Source: a virus
Lineage: Duplodnaviria > Heunggongvirae > Uroviricota > Caudoviricetes
IMG/VR virus record: IMGVR_UViG_2737471838_000003
Span: 1 to 36,968 of that record
Strand: one strand, 5' to 3'
DNA: 36,968 bases
Shown here: piece by piece, positions 1-9,385 of the stretch
Numbering within the stretch: position 1 is the first letter of the stretch
Layout: every line of letters begins with the position of its first letter
Notes under the pieces: model-generated
Databases searched by the model: none
What the model saw: the letters and a program-made list of their open reading frames with translations, nothing else
Told to the model about the DNA's origin: nothing
Position numbers and translations under genes: made by a program

Positions 1-21
1 CTACGATAACCCACTCTTTTG

Positions 22-67
22 TTGCCCCATTTTTGCCCCTTTTGCAGCGTTTTGCCCCATTTTTGCC
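22..67. repeat. 16-bp direct repeat ttgccccatttttgcc present twice (22-37 and 52-67)
   Basis: Identical 16-mers read directly in the first 70 nt, in the flank downstream of the adhesin gene; function unknown. Confidence 0.5.
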
Positions 68-246
68 ACCGAAAAATGCGAGAATTTCTCAATCTGTAGC
101 CTGCAAATTGCGCCCATGAATTCTTTCCAAGAGAATCAGTTTCGGCTGGAAATCATTCAATACTCACACTAAAACAAAAAGCCCGCTTATGGTGGACTGC
201 AGGCTTTTAGATTCCGTGATTTAAAAACAATAGTTATAGAAACAAA

Positions 247-1455
247 TTACCAGCCTACAGCAATACCCCCTCCGATTACTGCTCCATCAGTATTATTCCA
301 TGAAGACGATGCACGAATATTGGTGTTTTCATTAAGTTTGTATTGAACACCAACAGCTACTGCATTACCGTTTCTATAGTTACCAACCCCAACGCCGGCA
401 CTAAATGTCTGGTTATTCACATACGGGATATTGGTCATTGCTGCTACGGAAGCAATACCTGCATTAGCTTTTTTAGCATTAGCTTCTATCTTATCATTCA
501 GCTGCTTAAATGTTGAATTTATCTTCCCATTAATTTGGTTAAATTTTGTATCAGTATATGCGAATGATTCTTGTTTTGCTGATTGTATGTTTTTATTAAT
601 AACACCGTTATTTTTCGTAACTTCCTGATCAGTGTATGCCATTGATTCGCTTTTGGCATTATTAATATTCTGATTTATCACAGCATTATTTTTGGTAACC
701 TGCTGATCTGTATATGCCAGTGATTCATTCTTGGCATTATTGATGTTTTGATTAATTACGGTATTATTTTTAGCTATCTCATTCCCAGTATAATCTTTCA
801 GTTGCTTAACGTTAACACCATCAGTATCCTCAGTACCTGCGGCAACATGGGTCAATTGTCGATTAGTATTACCCGTCCCAAAAGATACACTATACTCTCT
901 GTCAGTTGTACTTCCCCCGCCGATGGCAACACTATTATTATGTTCAGCCACACTCTGTGAGCCTAGTGAGATGGCATTTTCTGCATTAGATGTAGCCCCT
1001 ACACCAATAGCTAATGTATCTCCTGCAGTCGCCTGGGCGGAGGAACCAAATGCAACACTGTTTTCCCCGGTTGCTTTAGACGCAGCACCTACACTTGTAG
1101 AATTAGCGACTGCCTCACTACCCGCACCATTTGCTATAGCTGAATCACCGTTTACTTTACTAAATGAACCAATGGCTACCGAGTTATTTCCAACAACATT
1201 TGCATTTGCGCCAATAGCTGACGATGAGTTACCTTGAGATGAAGAATATGAACCAATTGCAGTATTATAGGCTCCTTCGGTTTTTGAAACAGCGCCAATT
1301 GTTGTAGAAGAAGAACCTGAAGCATTTGCATATGCACCAATAGCTGTCGCATTACTATCAGTTGCCTGGCTATTATCACCGGCATTATAAGAATTATATG
1401 CATAAGAATTTGCTGAAACTGTAAATATAACAGAGGCTACAAATAGTTTTTTCAT
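247..1455 (-). CDS. YadA-like trimeric autotransporter adhesin, Eib-family-like (prophage-borne)
   Basis: Likely start is MKKLFVASVIFTVSANSYA (classic signal peptide) at 1455 rather than the ORF-track start at 1497, though no clear SD precedes it. Repeated head motifs (NSVAIG, SVAIG, TAIG), a repetitive coiled-coil stalk and a C-terminal anchor ending in aromatic W (GIASVAAMTNIPY...GGGIAVGW). Position beyond the tail fibre genes matches where Eib genes sit in prophages. Confidence 0.75.
   Translation of the reverse strand: MKKLFVASVIFTVSANSYAYNSYNAGDNSQATDSNATAIGAYANASGSSSTTIGAVSKTEGAYNTAIGSYSSSQGNSSSAIGANANVVGNNSVAIGSFSKVNGDSAIANGAGSEAVANSTSVGAASKATGENSVAFGSSAQATAGDTLAIGVGATSNAENAISLGSQSVAEHNNSVAIGGGSTTDREYSVSFGTGNTNRQLTHVAAGTEDTDGVNVKQLKDYTGNEIAKNNTVINQNINNAKNESLAYTDQQVTKNNAVINQNINNAKSESMAYTDQEVTKNNGVINKNIQSAKQESFAYTDTKFNQINGKINSTFKQLNDKIEANAKKANAGIASVAAMTNIPYVNNQTFSAGVGVGNYRNGNAVAVGVQYKLNENTNIRASSSWNNTDGAVIGGGIAVGW
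550..771 (-). repeat. Three tandem ~66-bp repeats encoding 22-aa stalk repeats (KNNxVINQNINNAKxESxAYTDQxVT) inside the adhesin gene
   Basis: Three near-identical peptide units in the translation; near-identical nucleotide units visible around 590-790. Confidence 0.6.
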
Positions 1456-2030
1456 AGAAATGACGTATGTTAAATAGATTGAAAAGATAAGATTCAAATC
1501 AATTAAATGACGCTTTAAAAATAAGCGGCAGGATTTTATTCATCTGATAAAAATAGCGCAAGCGTTGTCTTATATGGAATATTCAGATAAGTCTTATCAA
1601 AAAAAGCGGTATAACAAATACATAACATTGCAGCCATTATAAATACATTATAAAAATGACAGAGATATTTAATTAAATCCAAAGCATTTTTTCAATATGG
1701 ATTTCGAAGAACTTGTTATAGTACATTAATCAATCAATTATTGGTATTTCGCTCACTGTTCATATAGTTTTAATACATCAATGCATAAGAACATTTTCTC
1801 ATTCATAAAAGCGATAAAAACTGTTGTACCTTATATTGTTAATGTTTGGTAACAAAGACAAATCCGACAAGGCATTGATCATCCCCTATGATACCCATAG
1901 AAAGAATTATCTGAAATATAATAACAATATAAAGTATATTATTGCTAATGAAACTATATGATAGCTTCACATTCAGCAATACCTGCTCAACCTTATCTCT
2001 GGAAATGAACATTGCTAACTTTCCTACTCC

Positions 2031-2250
2031 TTAATCGTTCTCCCAGAGCGCATCATCCACACCGACAATCCCCTCAGGCATCAGCCAGGTGACATTTTCC
2101 GCTAATGGGCTGGTTCAGAGATAAATAGTGCGTCCCCGGAAGCCAAGTCAAAGAGCATTTTTCCCCTGTGACCTTCAACGGCTACTTACTGTTTAAAAAC
2201 AGCTACGATGCCAGCATAGATACTCTTGAATACGATGTACTACGTTTTTT
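2031..2250 (-). pseudogene. Remnant of a second tail fibre assembly (tfa) gene, broken by frameshift and stops
   Basis: Minus-strand translation gives MLFDLASGDALFISEPAH-stop in one frame and ENVTWLMPEGIVGVDDALWEND-stop in another; ASGDALFISE and ENxTWL match the middle of lambda Tfa as I recall it. No intact ORF. Confidence 0.4.
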
Positions 2251-2251
2251 C

Positions 2252-2818
2252 TTATTCTGGACTGAACTCCCTAACCTGCTTCAAATCCAGGAGATTGCTC
2301 AGTTCCTCTTTCATTTCACGCTGATGACGATAAATCTCATTATTGCGATCAACCTGCGCCTGCGCCATAGCTGCAGCCAGCTCCTCCAGTTCCGTCATCG
2401 ACAGTTTCACCTGCTGATTATCAGCATCACTCCATGTCATAACGTCCCACTGCCCTGAGTCAGCCCCTGCAGCCATTACCACCGGGTAAAGGCGGGCCAG
2501 CGAGTCGGGGCCGCCATTCCAGGTGTGTCCGTTCCATTCGAATGTGAACGGCTGCGCTTCCTGTTCTGTGCGCCAGGCTTCGATTTCCCACTTTTTGGCA
2601 TCTCTGGCTGCGGCAATAACTTCAGGCGTGACTGTGAACGGGGCGATTTCACCCCATCTGCCACTCTGCAGTTCCTGCCAGATTTGCCGGCCAGTTTCTG
2701 CTGTATCATTTGCCGAAGCTGTGTATGGAAGTGGCATTTCCATACCTGAAAACTCGACCATGCAGTCAACATCTCCGGTTTCAAGATACCTTTGTTCGCT
2801 GATTTTTTTTATTTTCAT
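2252..2818 (-). CDS. tfa: Tail fibre assembly / chaperone protein (Tfa-like)
   Basis: ATG at 2818 overlaps the stf stop (TGATG) with an AAGGA SD 7 nt upstream; classic stf-tfa synteny. Sequence similarity to lambda Tfa is weak, so the call rests mainly on position. Confidence 0.6.
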   Translation of the reverse strand: MKIKKISEQRYLETGDVDCMVEFSGMEMPLPYTASANDTAETGRQIWQELQSGRWGEIAPFTVTPEVIAAARDAKKWEIEAWRTEQEAQPFTFEWNGHTWNGGPDSLARLYPVVMAAGADSGQWDVMTWSDADNQQVKLSMTELEELAAAMAQAQVDRNNEIYRHQREMKEELSNLLDLKQVREFSPE

Positions 2819-5307
2819 CACATCGTCCTTATAAAAGCAGCAATAATAAACTCACCTTCTCCGGTGTAATCCGGGGTTCCGGATAATGCACGGTAAACAC
2901 CCGGCAATGTGTGCTTCTCTGTACCAGAAAGCCCAATCTTCGGCGACGATAATGCCCCCTCCGGAACACTGAATACCACGGGAGTAAGGACGGAGCCCGG
3001 GTAATATTGCCCTCGTACGACGCTAGCTGTTTTAGTGCTGCCACGGCTATTAAAGGCTGCCAGTGTTATGCTTCCAGCATACGGATCACCATAATTATCG
3101 TTTGTGGTCATGCTCAGGATTTTGGCAATATCATACAGGTCAATATTTATTTTCACCCATTCACTCAGTGAAGGGCCATGTATGGCATCGTATGTTGCCC
3201 GATACAGTTCACCGTTCATCCCGTAAAAAACAGCCATCTTCAGCATCAGCGGGACAGTAAGGTTATTCCGCATCTCATCAGCGAAAAATAAATCAATCAC
3301 ACCTGTAAACTGTACTTCCGGTATAATTTCGCAGTCAGCGCTGACCGTATACCGCCCCGGTGTGGCATTTGAGATCCAGTCAAGAAGCACTTCCTTCGAC
3401 GAAAAGCTGAGAACGTCACCTTTTGTGAAGATATGCCCGAATCCCAGACTTCCTGCAACAGCGGCCCGCCCCTGCGTTCTGTCATAAATGCCTGACTGAA
3501 GCCCATAATTTCCGCCTGCTGCTGAGTTTCCACTATTTCCATTGATACCCAGAACGTCACACATCTCTTCGGCTGTGGATTGTGACAACAGCTGTTTCCC
3601 TTTTTCAGAAACAGGAGCCAGAGAACACTGCCCGTTACCGCTAAAACTGGGAAACCCATCTTCACCAGATGGAAGACTGCCTAACGCAGTCAGAACGGGA
3701 TTTAAAGGCTGTTTTCCGGCCAGCATCTTCATTATCGTTACGGAAAACGCCGGGTCATTACCCAGCGCCTCCGCCAGTTCGTTCAGCGTGTCCAGGGTTT
3801 CAGGAGATGAACCCACAAGAGCAGCAAGCAATTTGCGGACAAACGCCGCATTCACTGTTTCCAGACCTGAAGCATCGTCCGGTGGTGTCGGTGTCATAGG
3901 GGTACCGGTGAAGACCGGACTATCCAGTGACGCTTTTGTCTTCACCTCATTCATGACGTTACTGACTGCAAGGGATGTGGCGGCCTCTGTCTGCGAAGTG
4001 CTGTCAGTACGGTTACTGAGCTTGACAACTCCCTTTGTGGTCGTACTGGCATCTTCCAGGCCCACAGCAGATGCAATCTCCTCTGCCCGTTTTGCCGCAT
4101 TTTCTGCGCGTGTTGCTGCAGACTCAGCAGAACTTTTGCTCTGCACTGCCGCTGTCGCACTGCCAGCTGCCTCTGTCGCCTTCGCGGATGCCGTCGTGGC
4201 ACTGCCCTGCGCCTCTGACGCCAGCCTTGCCGCCTCATCTTTTGAAGCTGACGCCGATGATGCTGATGACGCCGCCGAACTGGCGGACGATACGGCTGCC
4301 GTTTTTGAGGATTCTGCGCTGGCTTCCGACGCTTTCGCGTTCGTCTCTGATGTCTTCGCTGCGGAAGCAGATCTCTCTGCTGCACTGGCCTGTTCAGCGG
4401 CTTCACCAGCCTTCGTTGTGGCTGCTGAAGCGGACGATGCAGCGCTTTCTGCCGATTTTCCGGCGGCGGTGGCACTGGCTGAGGCCTCCTCCGCTTTAAC
4501 TGACGCCTCACGGGACGATGATGCAGCGGCAGTTTCTGAGCCTTCCGCTGCAGAAGCGCTCTGTGCCGCTGCCGTTTCAGAAGACCTTGCGTTCGTCTCG
4601 GACGTTTTTGCCGCCTTCGCGGAATTGCCTGCCGCCGTTGCCGAGGACGCTGCACCACTGGCGCTCAAGGCGGCGTTCGTTTCTGATGATTTTGCCGCCT
4701 CTTTTGAAGCCGACGCATCCCTGGCTGAGGTGGCAGCTTCTGACGCTTTCGTGGTCGCGGTGGATGCAGAAGTGGCGGCTGATTGTTGTGACGCTGCCGC
4801 ATTCGTTTCTGACATTTTCGCCGCACCGGCACTGGTGGCCGCCGCGCGTTTTGAGGACTCTGCAGCAGCGGCACTTTTTGATGCCTCAGTGGCCTTTGCT
4901 GATGCCGTTTCTGCGCCGGAAGACGCTTCCTGAGCCGACGTCGCAGCCTGTCCGGCGGACGTGCTGGCGGCGCGTGCTGAGTCCGCAGCATCAGTCGCAT
5001 GGGTTGCCGCCTCACGGGCTGATGTACCGGCATCGCTGGCTGATTTTTTCGCAGCTGCCGTATTCTGTGCCACTGAGGACGCGTTACGCGCCACCTCTTC
5101 CACCATCAGCTCAAAACGGCGCAGTGCCTCCGGACGGGCATCATCCTCCGTCATGGCACCGAGAAAATCATTCAGCGTACCGGGTTGAGAATCTTCATAC
5201 ACGGTGATGGTCCCGGCATGTGACGGCGGAAAACCGTCAACCAGCAGGATGACAGCGTACTGGCCATACTCAACATCCATACTGTAACGCCCGGCTTCAG
5301 CCCCCAC
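2818..5307 (-). CDS. stf: Side tail fibre protein, Stf-like, N-terminally truncated by deletion (likely pseudogene)
   Basis: From GRYSMDVEYGQY onward matches the lambda Stf N-region and Ala/Ser/Thr-rich repeat region, with a divergent C-terminal receptor-binding part. About 45 N-terminal residues are missing; the ORF opens at a GTG inside the J fusion junction. Confidence 0.8.
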   Translation of the reverse strand: MGAEAGRYSMDVEYGQYAVILLVDGFPPSHAGTITVYEDSQPGTLNDFLGAMTEDDARPEALRRFELMVEEVARNASSVAQNTAAAKKSASDAGTSAREAATHATDAADSARAASTSAGQAATSAQEASSGAETASAKATEASKSAAAAESSKRAAATSAGAAKMSETNAAASQQSAATSASTATTKASEAATSARDASASKEAAKSSETNAALSASGAASSATAAGNSAKAAKTSETNARSSETAAAQSASAAEGSETAAASSSREASVKAEEASASATAAGKSAESAASSASAATTKAGEAAEQASAAERSASAAKTSETNAKASEASAESSKTAAVSSASSAASSASSASASKDEAARLASEAQGSATTASAKATEAAGSATAAVQSKSSAESAATRAENAAKRAEEIASAVGLEDASTTTKGVVKLSNRTDSTSQTEAATSLAVSNVMNEVKTKASLDSPVFTGTPMTPTPPDDASGLETVNAAFVRKLLAALVGSSPETLDTLNELAEALGNDPAFSVTIMKMLAGKQPLNPVLTALGSLPSGEDGFPSFSGNGQCSLAPVSEKGKQLLSQSTAEEMCDVLGINGNSGNSAAGGNYGLQSGIYDRTQGRAAVAGSLGFGHIFTKGDVLSFSSKEVLLDWISNATPGRYTVSADCEIIPEVQFTGVIDLFFADEMRNNLTVPLMLKMAVFYGMNGELYRATYDAIHGPSLSEWVKINIDLYDIAKILSMTTNDNYGDPYAGSITLAAFNSRGSTKTASVVRGQYYPGSVLTPVVFSVPEGALSSPKIGLSGTEKHTLPGVYRALSGTPDYTGEGEFIIAAFIRTM

Positions 5308-6980
5308 ACGCTGTATCCGGCAACGCCGTCAGGAACACGGCTCACTTTTACCTTCACGCCGTCGGTGACGGACTGGACCTCCACGCTGACCGGATTGCCA
5401 CTTCCGTCAACCAGGCTTATCAGCGTGGTACCGGAGGATGGCAGCGTGATTTCACGGTCGAGCGTCAGCGTCCGGGTCTGGCTGTTCACCGCCAGCACGC
5501 GCCCGCCGGTGCTGATACCCGCATAGTCATCATCGCAGATTTCAATGACATCCCCCGGTACATGGCGAAGCCCTTCCGCACCCACGCTGAAGTCCACGGT
5601 CTGCGTTTCCAGCAGTTCCGTTTTAATCAGCCACAGCCCGGCGCGGTGCGCCTGCCCCCGACTGGTACAGCCAAAGGCATCCATCTTCGTGACGTTACGA
5701 CCGTAACGGGCAATGGCCTGCGTGTCCTCCACAAGCTCTGTCGCCGTCTCCCAGCCGTTATCCGGGTCAATCCAGTTCACCTCAACGGCATTATGGCGGT
5801 CCTTCAGGGCGCTGAAGCTGTAGCGGAACGGCGCGCCATCATCCGGCATCACCACATTACTGCGGTTATAGGTCCACACCTTATCTGATGGTCGGTCCTG
5901 CACGAACGTCAGCGTCTGCCCGTTCCATATCGGCATACAGCGCATCGCCGAGCAGAAATCACTGAGCACATCCCACGCCTTGCGCTGTGTGGTCAGCCAG
6001 GCATTACAGGTGATGCGCGGCTCCGTGCCGCCAAAGCCGTCCGGCACCGACTGGTCGCAATTCTGGCCGATGACATACAGCGCCCATTTATCCACATCCG
6101 CCGCACCAAGACGTTTCCCCATGCCGTAGCGCGGATGGGTCAGCATATCCCACAGACACCAGGCCATGTTGTTGCTGTATGCCGGTTTAAACGTTCCGTC
6201 CCAGATACCGCTGTATTGCCGCGTCTGCGGGTTATAGTTCGACGGCACCTGCAGAATACGCCCGCGCAGATGATAATTACGGCTCACCTGCTGGCTGCCG
6301 AACTGCTCCGAGTCCACCTGCACACCGACCAGTGCCGTGTTCGGGTAGCACTGTTTCACATCGATGATTTCGGTGTATGACGACCAGAGCGTTTTGTTCT
6401 GCAGCTGGTCTGTGGTGCTGTCCGGCGTCATCCTGCGCATCCGTATACTGAACGGGCGCGGCGGCAGGTTACCCACCACCACCGAGGCCAGATACTGCGA
6501 GGTGGTTTTGCCCTTAATGGTGATGTCTTTTTCCGTCACCCAGCCACCATTACGCTGTATCTGAACCAGCAGGCGGACTTCCGACGGATTCCTGTCCCCC
6601 TTTGAGGTGGTTTCCACCAGTGCCTGCACGCCGAAGGTAACACGCAGTCGGTCAATGTTTGCCGACGTGATGGTCCGGGTGATCGGCGTGTCGTATTTCA
6701 CTTCCGTACCCAGCACCGTCTCGGAGCCGGAGGATTCAAATCCCTCCGGCGGTGTCTGCTCCTGCTCACCGGCCCGGAACACCACCGTGACGCCGGAGAT
6801 GTTGGTATTCCCCTCACTGTCCAGCACTGGCGTACTGTTCAGCAGCACGCTTTTTAATCCATCCACCGGACCTTCAATCGGCCCTTCGCTGATGGCGTCT
6901 ATCACGCTCAGCATCTGGGATGATTTCAGGTTGTCCTTCGCTTCGCGCGGGGTATGCCCCTTACTGCTGCCTTTACCCAT
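5172..6980 (-). CDS. J: Tail tip host-specificity protein J, N-terminal half only, C-terminally truncated (likely pseudogene)
   Basis: MGKGSSKGHTPREAKDNLKS... is collinear with lambda gpJ for about 555 aa, then the last 45 codons are out-of-frame read-through into stf sequence. Confidence 0.85.
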   Translation of the reverse strand: MGKGSSKGHTPREAKDNLKSSQMLSVIDAISEGPIEGPVDGLKSVLLNSTPVLDSEGNTNISGVTVVFRAGEQEQTPPEGFESSGSETVLGTEVKYDTPITRTITSANIDRLRVTFGVQALVETTSKGDRNPSEVRLLVQIQRNGGWVTEKDITIKGKTTSQYLASVVVGNLPPRPFSIRMRRMTPDSTTDQLQNKTLWSSYTEIIDVKQCYPNTALVGVQVDSEQFGSQQVSRNYHLRGRILQVPSNYNPQTRQYSGIWDGTFKPAYSNNMAWCLWDMLTHPRYGMGKRLGAADVDKWALYVIGQNCDQSVPDGFGGTEPRITCNAWLTTQRKAWDVLSDFCSAMRCMPIWNGQTLTFVQDRPSDKVWTYNRSNVVMPDDGAPFRYSFSALKDRHNAVEVNWIDPDNGWETATELVEDTQAIARYGRNVTKMDAFGCTSRGQAHRAGLWLIKTELLETQTVDFSVGAEGLRHVPGDVIEICDDDYAGISTGGRVLAVNSQTRTLTLDREITLPSSGTTLISLVDGSGNPVSVEVQSVTDGVKVKVSRVPDGVAGYSVWGLKPGVTVWMLSMASTLSSCWLTVFRRHMPGPSPCMKILNPVR

Positions 6981-7040
6981 TCCTCACGCTCCAGAAACGA
7001 CAAAACCGCCCTGAGGCGGTTTCACATAAAACGTTTTTCA

Positions 7041-7712
7041 TCAACGACCAATCACCACAACCTGACCACCGTCCCCCTCGTCTGCCGTGCTGATCTCCTG
7101 AGAAGCCACCCGCGACCCCACGCGCATTTCACCGTACAGAACAGGCAGAACATTGCCCTGGGCAACCATGTTATCCAGTGAGGAGAAATAGGTGTTCTGC
7201 TTACCGTTATCCGTTGTCTGTGTACGGGGAGTTCTGGCTTTCGGTGCCAGCATCTGCGCCACACCACCAAGTACCATACTGGCACCGAGAGAAAACAGGA
7301 TACCGGTCATACCACCGGCCCCAATGGCTGCCCCCCATGCTGCAAGAGTGGCTCCGGCAGTAAAGAATGATCCGGCAATGGCGGCAGCCCCCAGAACAAT
7401 CTGGAATACGCCCCCTGACTTGGCCCCGGCGACTCTGGGAACAATATGAATCACAGCGCCGTCAGGCAGAACCTCATGTAACTGCGCCGTCAATCCGGAC
7501 GTGCTGACGTCCCGCCCGGAAATCCGTACCTGATACCAGCCGTCGCTCAGTTTCTGACGAAACGCCGGGAGCTGTGTGGCCAGCGCCCGAATGGCTTCAG
7601 CCCCCGTTTTCACACGAAGGTCGATGCGGCGGCCAAATCGTTGTAAATCCCCGTAAAGGCAGATGCGCGCCATGCCCGGTGACGCCAGAGGGAGTGTGTG
7701 CGTCGCTGCCAT
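7041..7712 (-). CDS. I: Tail assembly protein I
   Basis: 223 aa, near-identical to lambda gpI as recalled (MAATHTLPLASPGMARICLYGDLQRFGRRIDLRVKTGAEAIRALATQ...). Confidence 0.9.
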   Translation of the reverse strand: MAATHTLPLASPGMARICLYGDLQRFGRRIDLRVKTGAEAIRALATQLPAFRQKLSDGWYQVRISGRDVSTSGLTAQLHEVLPDGAVIHIVPRVAGAKSGGVFQIVLGAAAIAGSFFTAGATLAAWGAAIGAGGMTGILFSLGASMVLGGVAQMLAPKARTPRTQTTDNGKQNTYFSSLDNMVAQGNVLPVLYGEMRVGSRVASQEISTADEGDGGQVVVIGR

Positions 7713-8353
7713 TTGTCGGTATACCTCTCTCGTTTGCTCAGTTGTTCAGGAATATGGTGCAGCAGCTCGCCGTCACCACAGTAAATGGCGGCATGATTCG
7801 GCACCGATGAACCAAAACAGCACAGCAGCACATCGCCCGGTTGTGCTGATGACAACGGCACCTGATACAGCCCTGTGGCCTCCAGATTATCCAGATAGAG
7901 ATTCTGACCGTGACGCCACCAGTCATCCCCGCGATGAAAATTCGGCATCTCAATCCCCGCCAGATGATAAGCATCCCGGAACAGCGTGTAACAGTCCGTC
8001 ACCCCGTGCTCAAAGCGCCGCCCGGTGAGATGCGGCACACAGCGGAACTTATGAATCGCCCCCCGGCAGACCAGCAACCACGGCAAATCACTCTGCACCT
8101 GCAGCCGCCGGTCAGCCTCACTCAGCCAGGGCAGACCACCGGGGTGGCTGTGGACCAGCGCCACAATCTCACCCTGCATTTCTGCCTGCAGCCAGCCCTC
8201 CGGAGCCATCCGGAAATAATCCTCCGGCTCACCGGAAATATTCACGCAGGGAAAATATCTTTCCCCCTCCGGCGTTCTCACCACGAAGCCGCACGACTCC
8301 GCTGGCGCACATCGCCGGGCGTGCGCCAGAATCGCTGATTCTGTCTCTGTCAT
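7610..8353 (-). CDS. K: Tail assembly protein K (JAB/MPN plus NlpC/P60 domains)
   Basis: Start at MTETESAILAHARRCAP (ATG at 8353); HSHPGG JAB motif; overlaps the start of I as in lambda. Confidence 0.9.
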   Translation of the reverse strand: MTETESAILAHARRCAPAESCGFVVRTPEGERYFPCVNISGEPEDYFRMAPEGWLQAEMQGEIVALVHSHPGGLPWLSEADRRLQVQSDLPWLLVCRGAIHKFRCVPHLTGRRFEHGVTDCYTLFRDAYHLAGIEMPNFHRGDDWWRHGQNLYLDNLEATGLYQVPLSSAQPGDVLLCCFGSSVPNHAAIYCGDGELLHHIPEQLSKRERYTDKWQRRTHSLWRHRAWRASAFTGIYNDLAAASTFV

Positions 8354-8357
8354 GGGA

Positions 8358-9056
8358 TTACTGCGAAAGTTTGTTAATGGAAAGGAAGCCGCCAAAGTTG
8401 CCGACGTTATTGCGAAACTTACAGCCACTCAGGCATTTGCTGCATTTATCCTTCGTGATATCGGACGTCGGCTGGTCATATTCATCCGCGACAGCCGGAC
8501 CGCTATAACCGCACTCGTCACCGCGATAGGTCCAGGTGCAGGTGTTGGCCAGCATGATACGTCCCGGAAAAACAGCGCCATCCGTTTCCGTCGGCGTGGA
8601 CAGTACAAAGGAGGCACTGACCGCGCTCAGTTCGCTGCACTGCTCGATGCGCCAGCGGCTGATCACCTCCTGCTCCGGATCGGCGTCACTGTTTCCGTTG
8701 ACGAAGTTCACCGCATCCAGAAAACGGGCGTAAACCTTACGCCGGACCACCGTTCCGCCGACCAGACTCTGCAGATCTTCCGCCATCCCGGTGACCATAC
8801 CGTACAGGTTAGAAACCGTCAGCGTGGGGCGCGTACTGATGCCTTTGCCATTCAGTTCAAAACCACTCCCCTGAATGGGATACGGCTGATACTGTCGCCC
8901 CTGCCAGGTGACCGGCTCACCTTTTTCGTTCTGCTCATTACAGAAAAAATAACGTTCTCCACCGACCTCTGTCAGATCGATTTCCCAGAACACCACGCTG
9001 GCCGACTGCTCCGCACGGGTGCATTCATTCAGTGTTTCCTGCCGGATATCCTGCAT
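8358..9056 (-). CDS. L: Minor tail protein L
   Basis: 232 aa; MQDIRQETLNECTRAEQSASVVFWEIDLTEVGGERYFFCNEQNEKGEPVTWQGRQYQPYPIQGSGFELNGKG matches lambda gpL. Confidence 0.9.
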   Translation of the reverse strand: MQDIRQETLNECTRAEQSASVVFWEIDLTEVGGERYFFCNEQNEKGEPVTWQGRQYQPYPIQGSGFELNGKGISTRPTLTVSNLYGMVTGMAEDLQSLVGGTVVRRKVYARFLDAVNFVNGNSDADPEQEVISRWRIEQCSELSAVSASFVLSTPTETDGAVFPGRIMLANTCTWTYRGDECGYSGPAVADEYDQPTSDITKDKCSKCLSGCKFRNNVGNFGGFLSINKLSQ

Positions 9057-9385
9057 CAGTTCACCACCTGTTCAAACTCTGCGCTGAACTCAACACGCAG
9101 CATACTGACCCGCGACGACCATTTTGCGCAGGTCACCTTTATCTGCCGCCACTCATAAGGCGGCGTCCACAGAAAGGATTTCCAGCCACCGTGCTCAGCC
9201 AGAAACGACTCCAGCGCCGTGGCCTCCCAACGGGGAACAGAAAGCGTCACGCTGTACGTTTTCAGGTCGGCATTCAGCCCGGCAGGCGCTCGCTGGGAAT
9301 AGCCATCACCAAAGCGCACCTTTCTTACAGAAGGGGCCGAAGCCACATCCATACCGGGTTTCACTTTCCAGCGGAAGGTTTTCAT
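9056..9385 (-). CDS. M: Minor tail protein M
   Basis: 109 aa; MKTFRWKVKPGMDVASAPSVRKVRFGDGYSQRAPAGLNADLKTYSVTL... matches lambda gpM; adjacent to L. Confidence 0.9.
   Translation of the reverse strand: MKTFRWKVKPGMDVASAPSVRKVRFGDGYSQRAPAGLNADLKTYSVTLSVPRWEATALESFLAEHGGWKSFLWTPPYEWRQIKVTCAKWSSRVSMLRVEFSAEFEQVVN

Noticed and set aside
3542-4933. Long plus-strand ORF (463 aa) and several other ORFs on both strands inside the tail fibre gene (e.g. 3951-4658 minus, 4035-4499 plus, 4518-5207 plus)
   Set aside because: They overlap the Stf-like gene, which has clear homology; the GC-rich, Ala/Ser-codon-repetitive DNA keeps alternative frames open by chance. Their translations are low-complexity Pro/Arg/Ala strings.
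8352-9158. 268-aa plus-strand ORF antisense to minor tail protein L, and similar antisense ORFs inside H (e.g. 9773-10291, 10237-10767, 10807-11238)
   Set aside because: They lie fully inside strongly supported lambda tail genes on the opposite strand and have no RBS or homology support.
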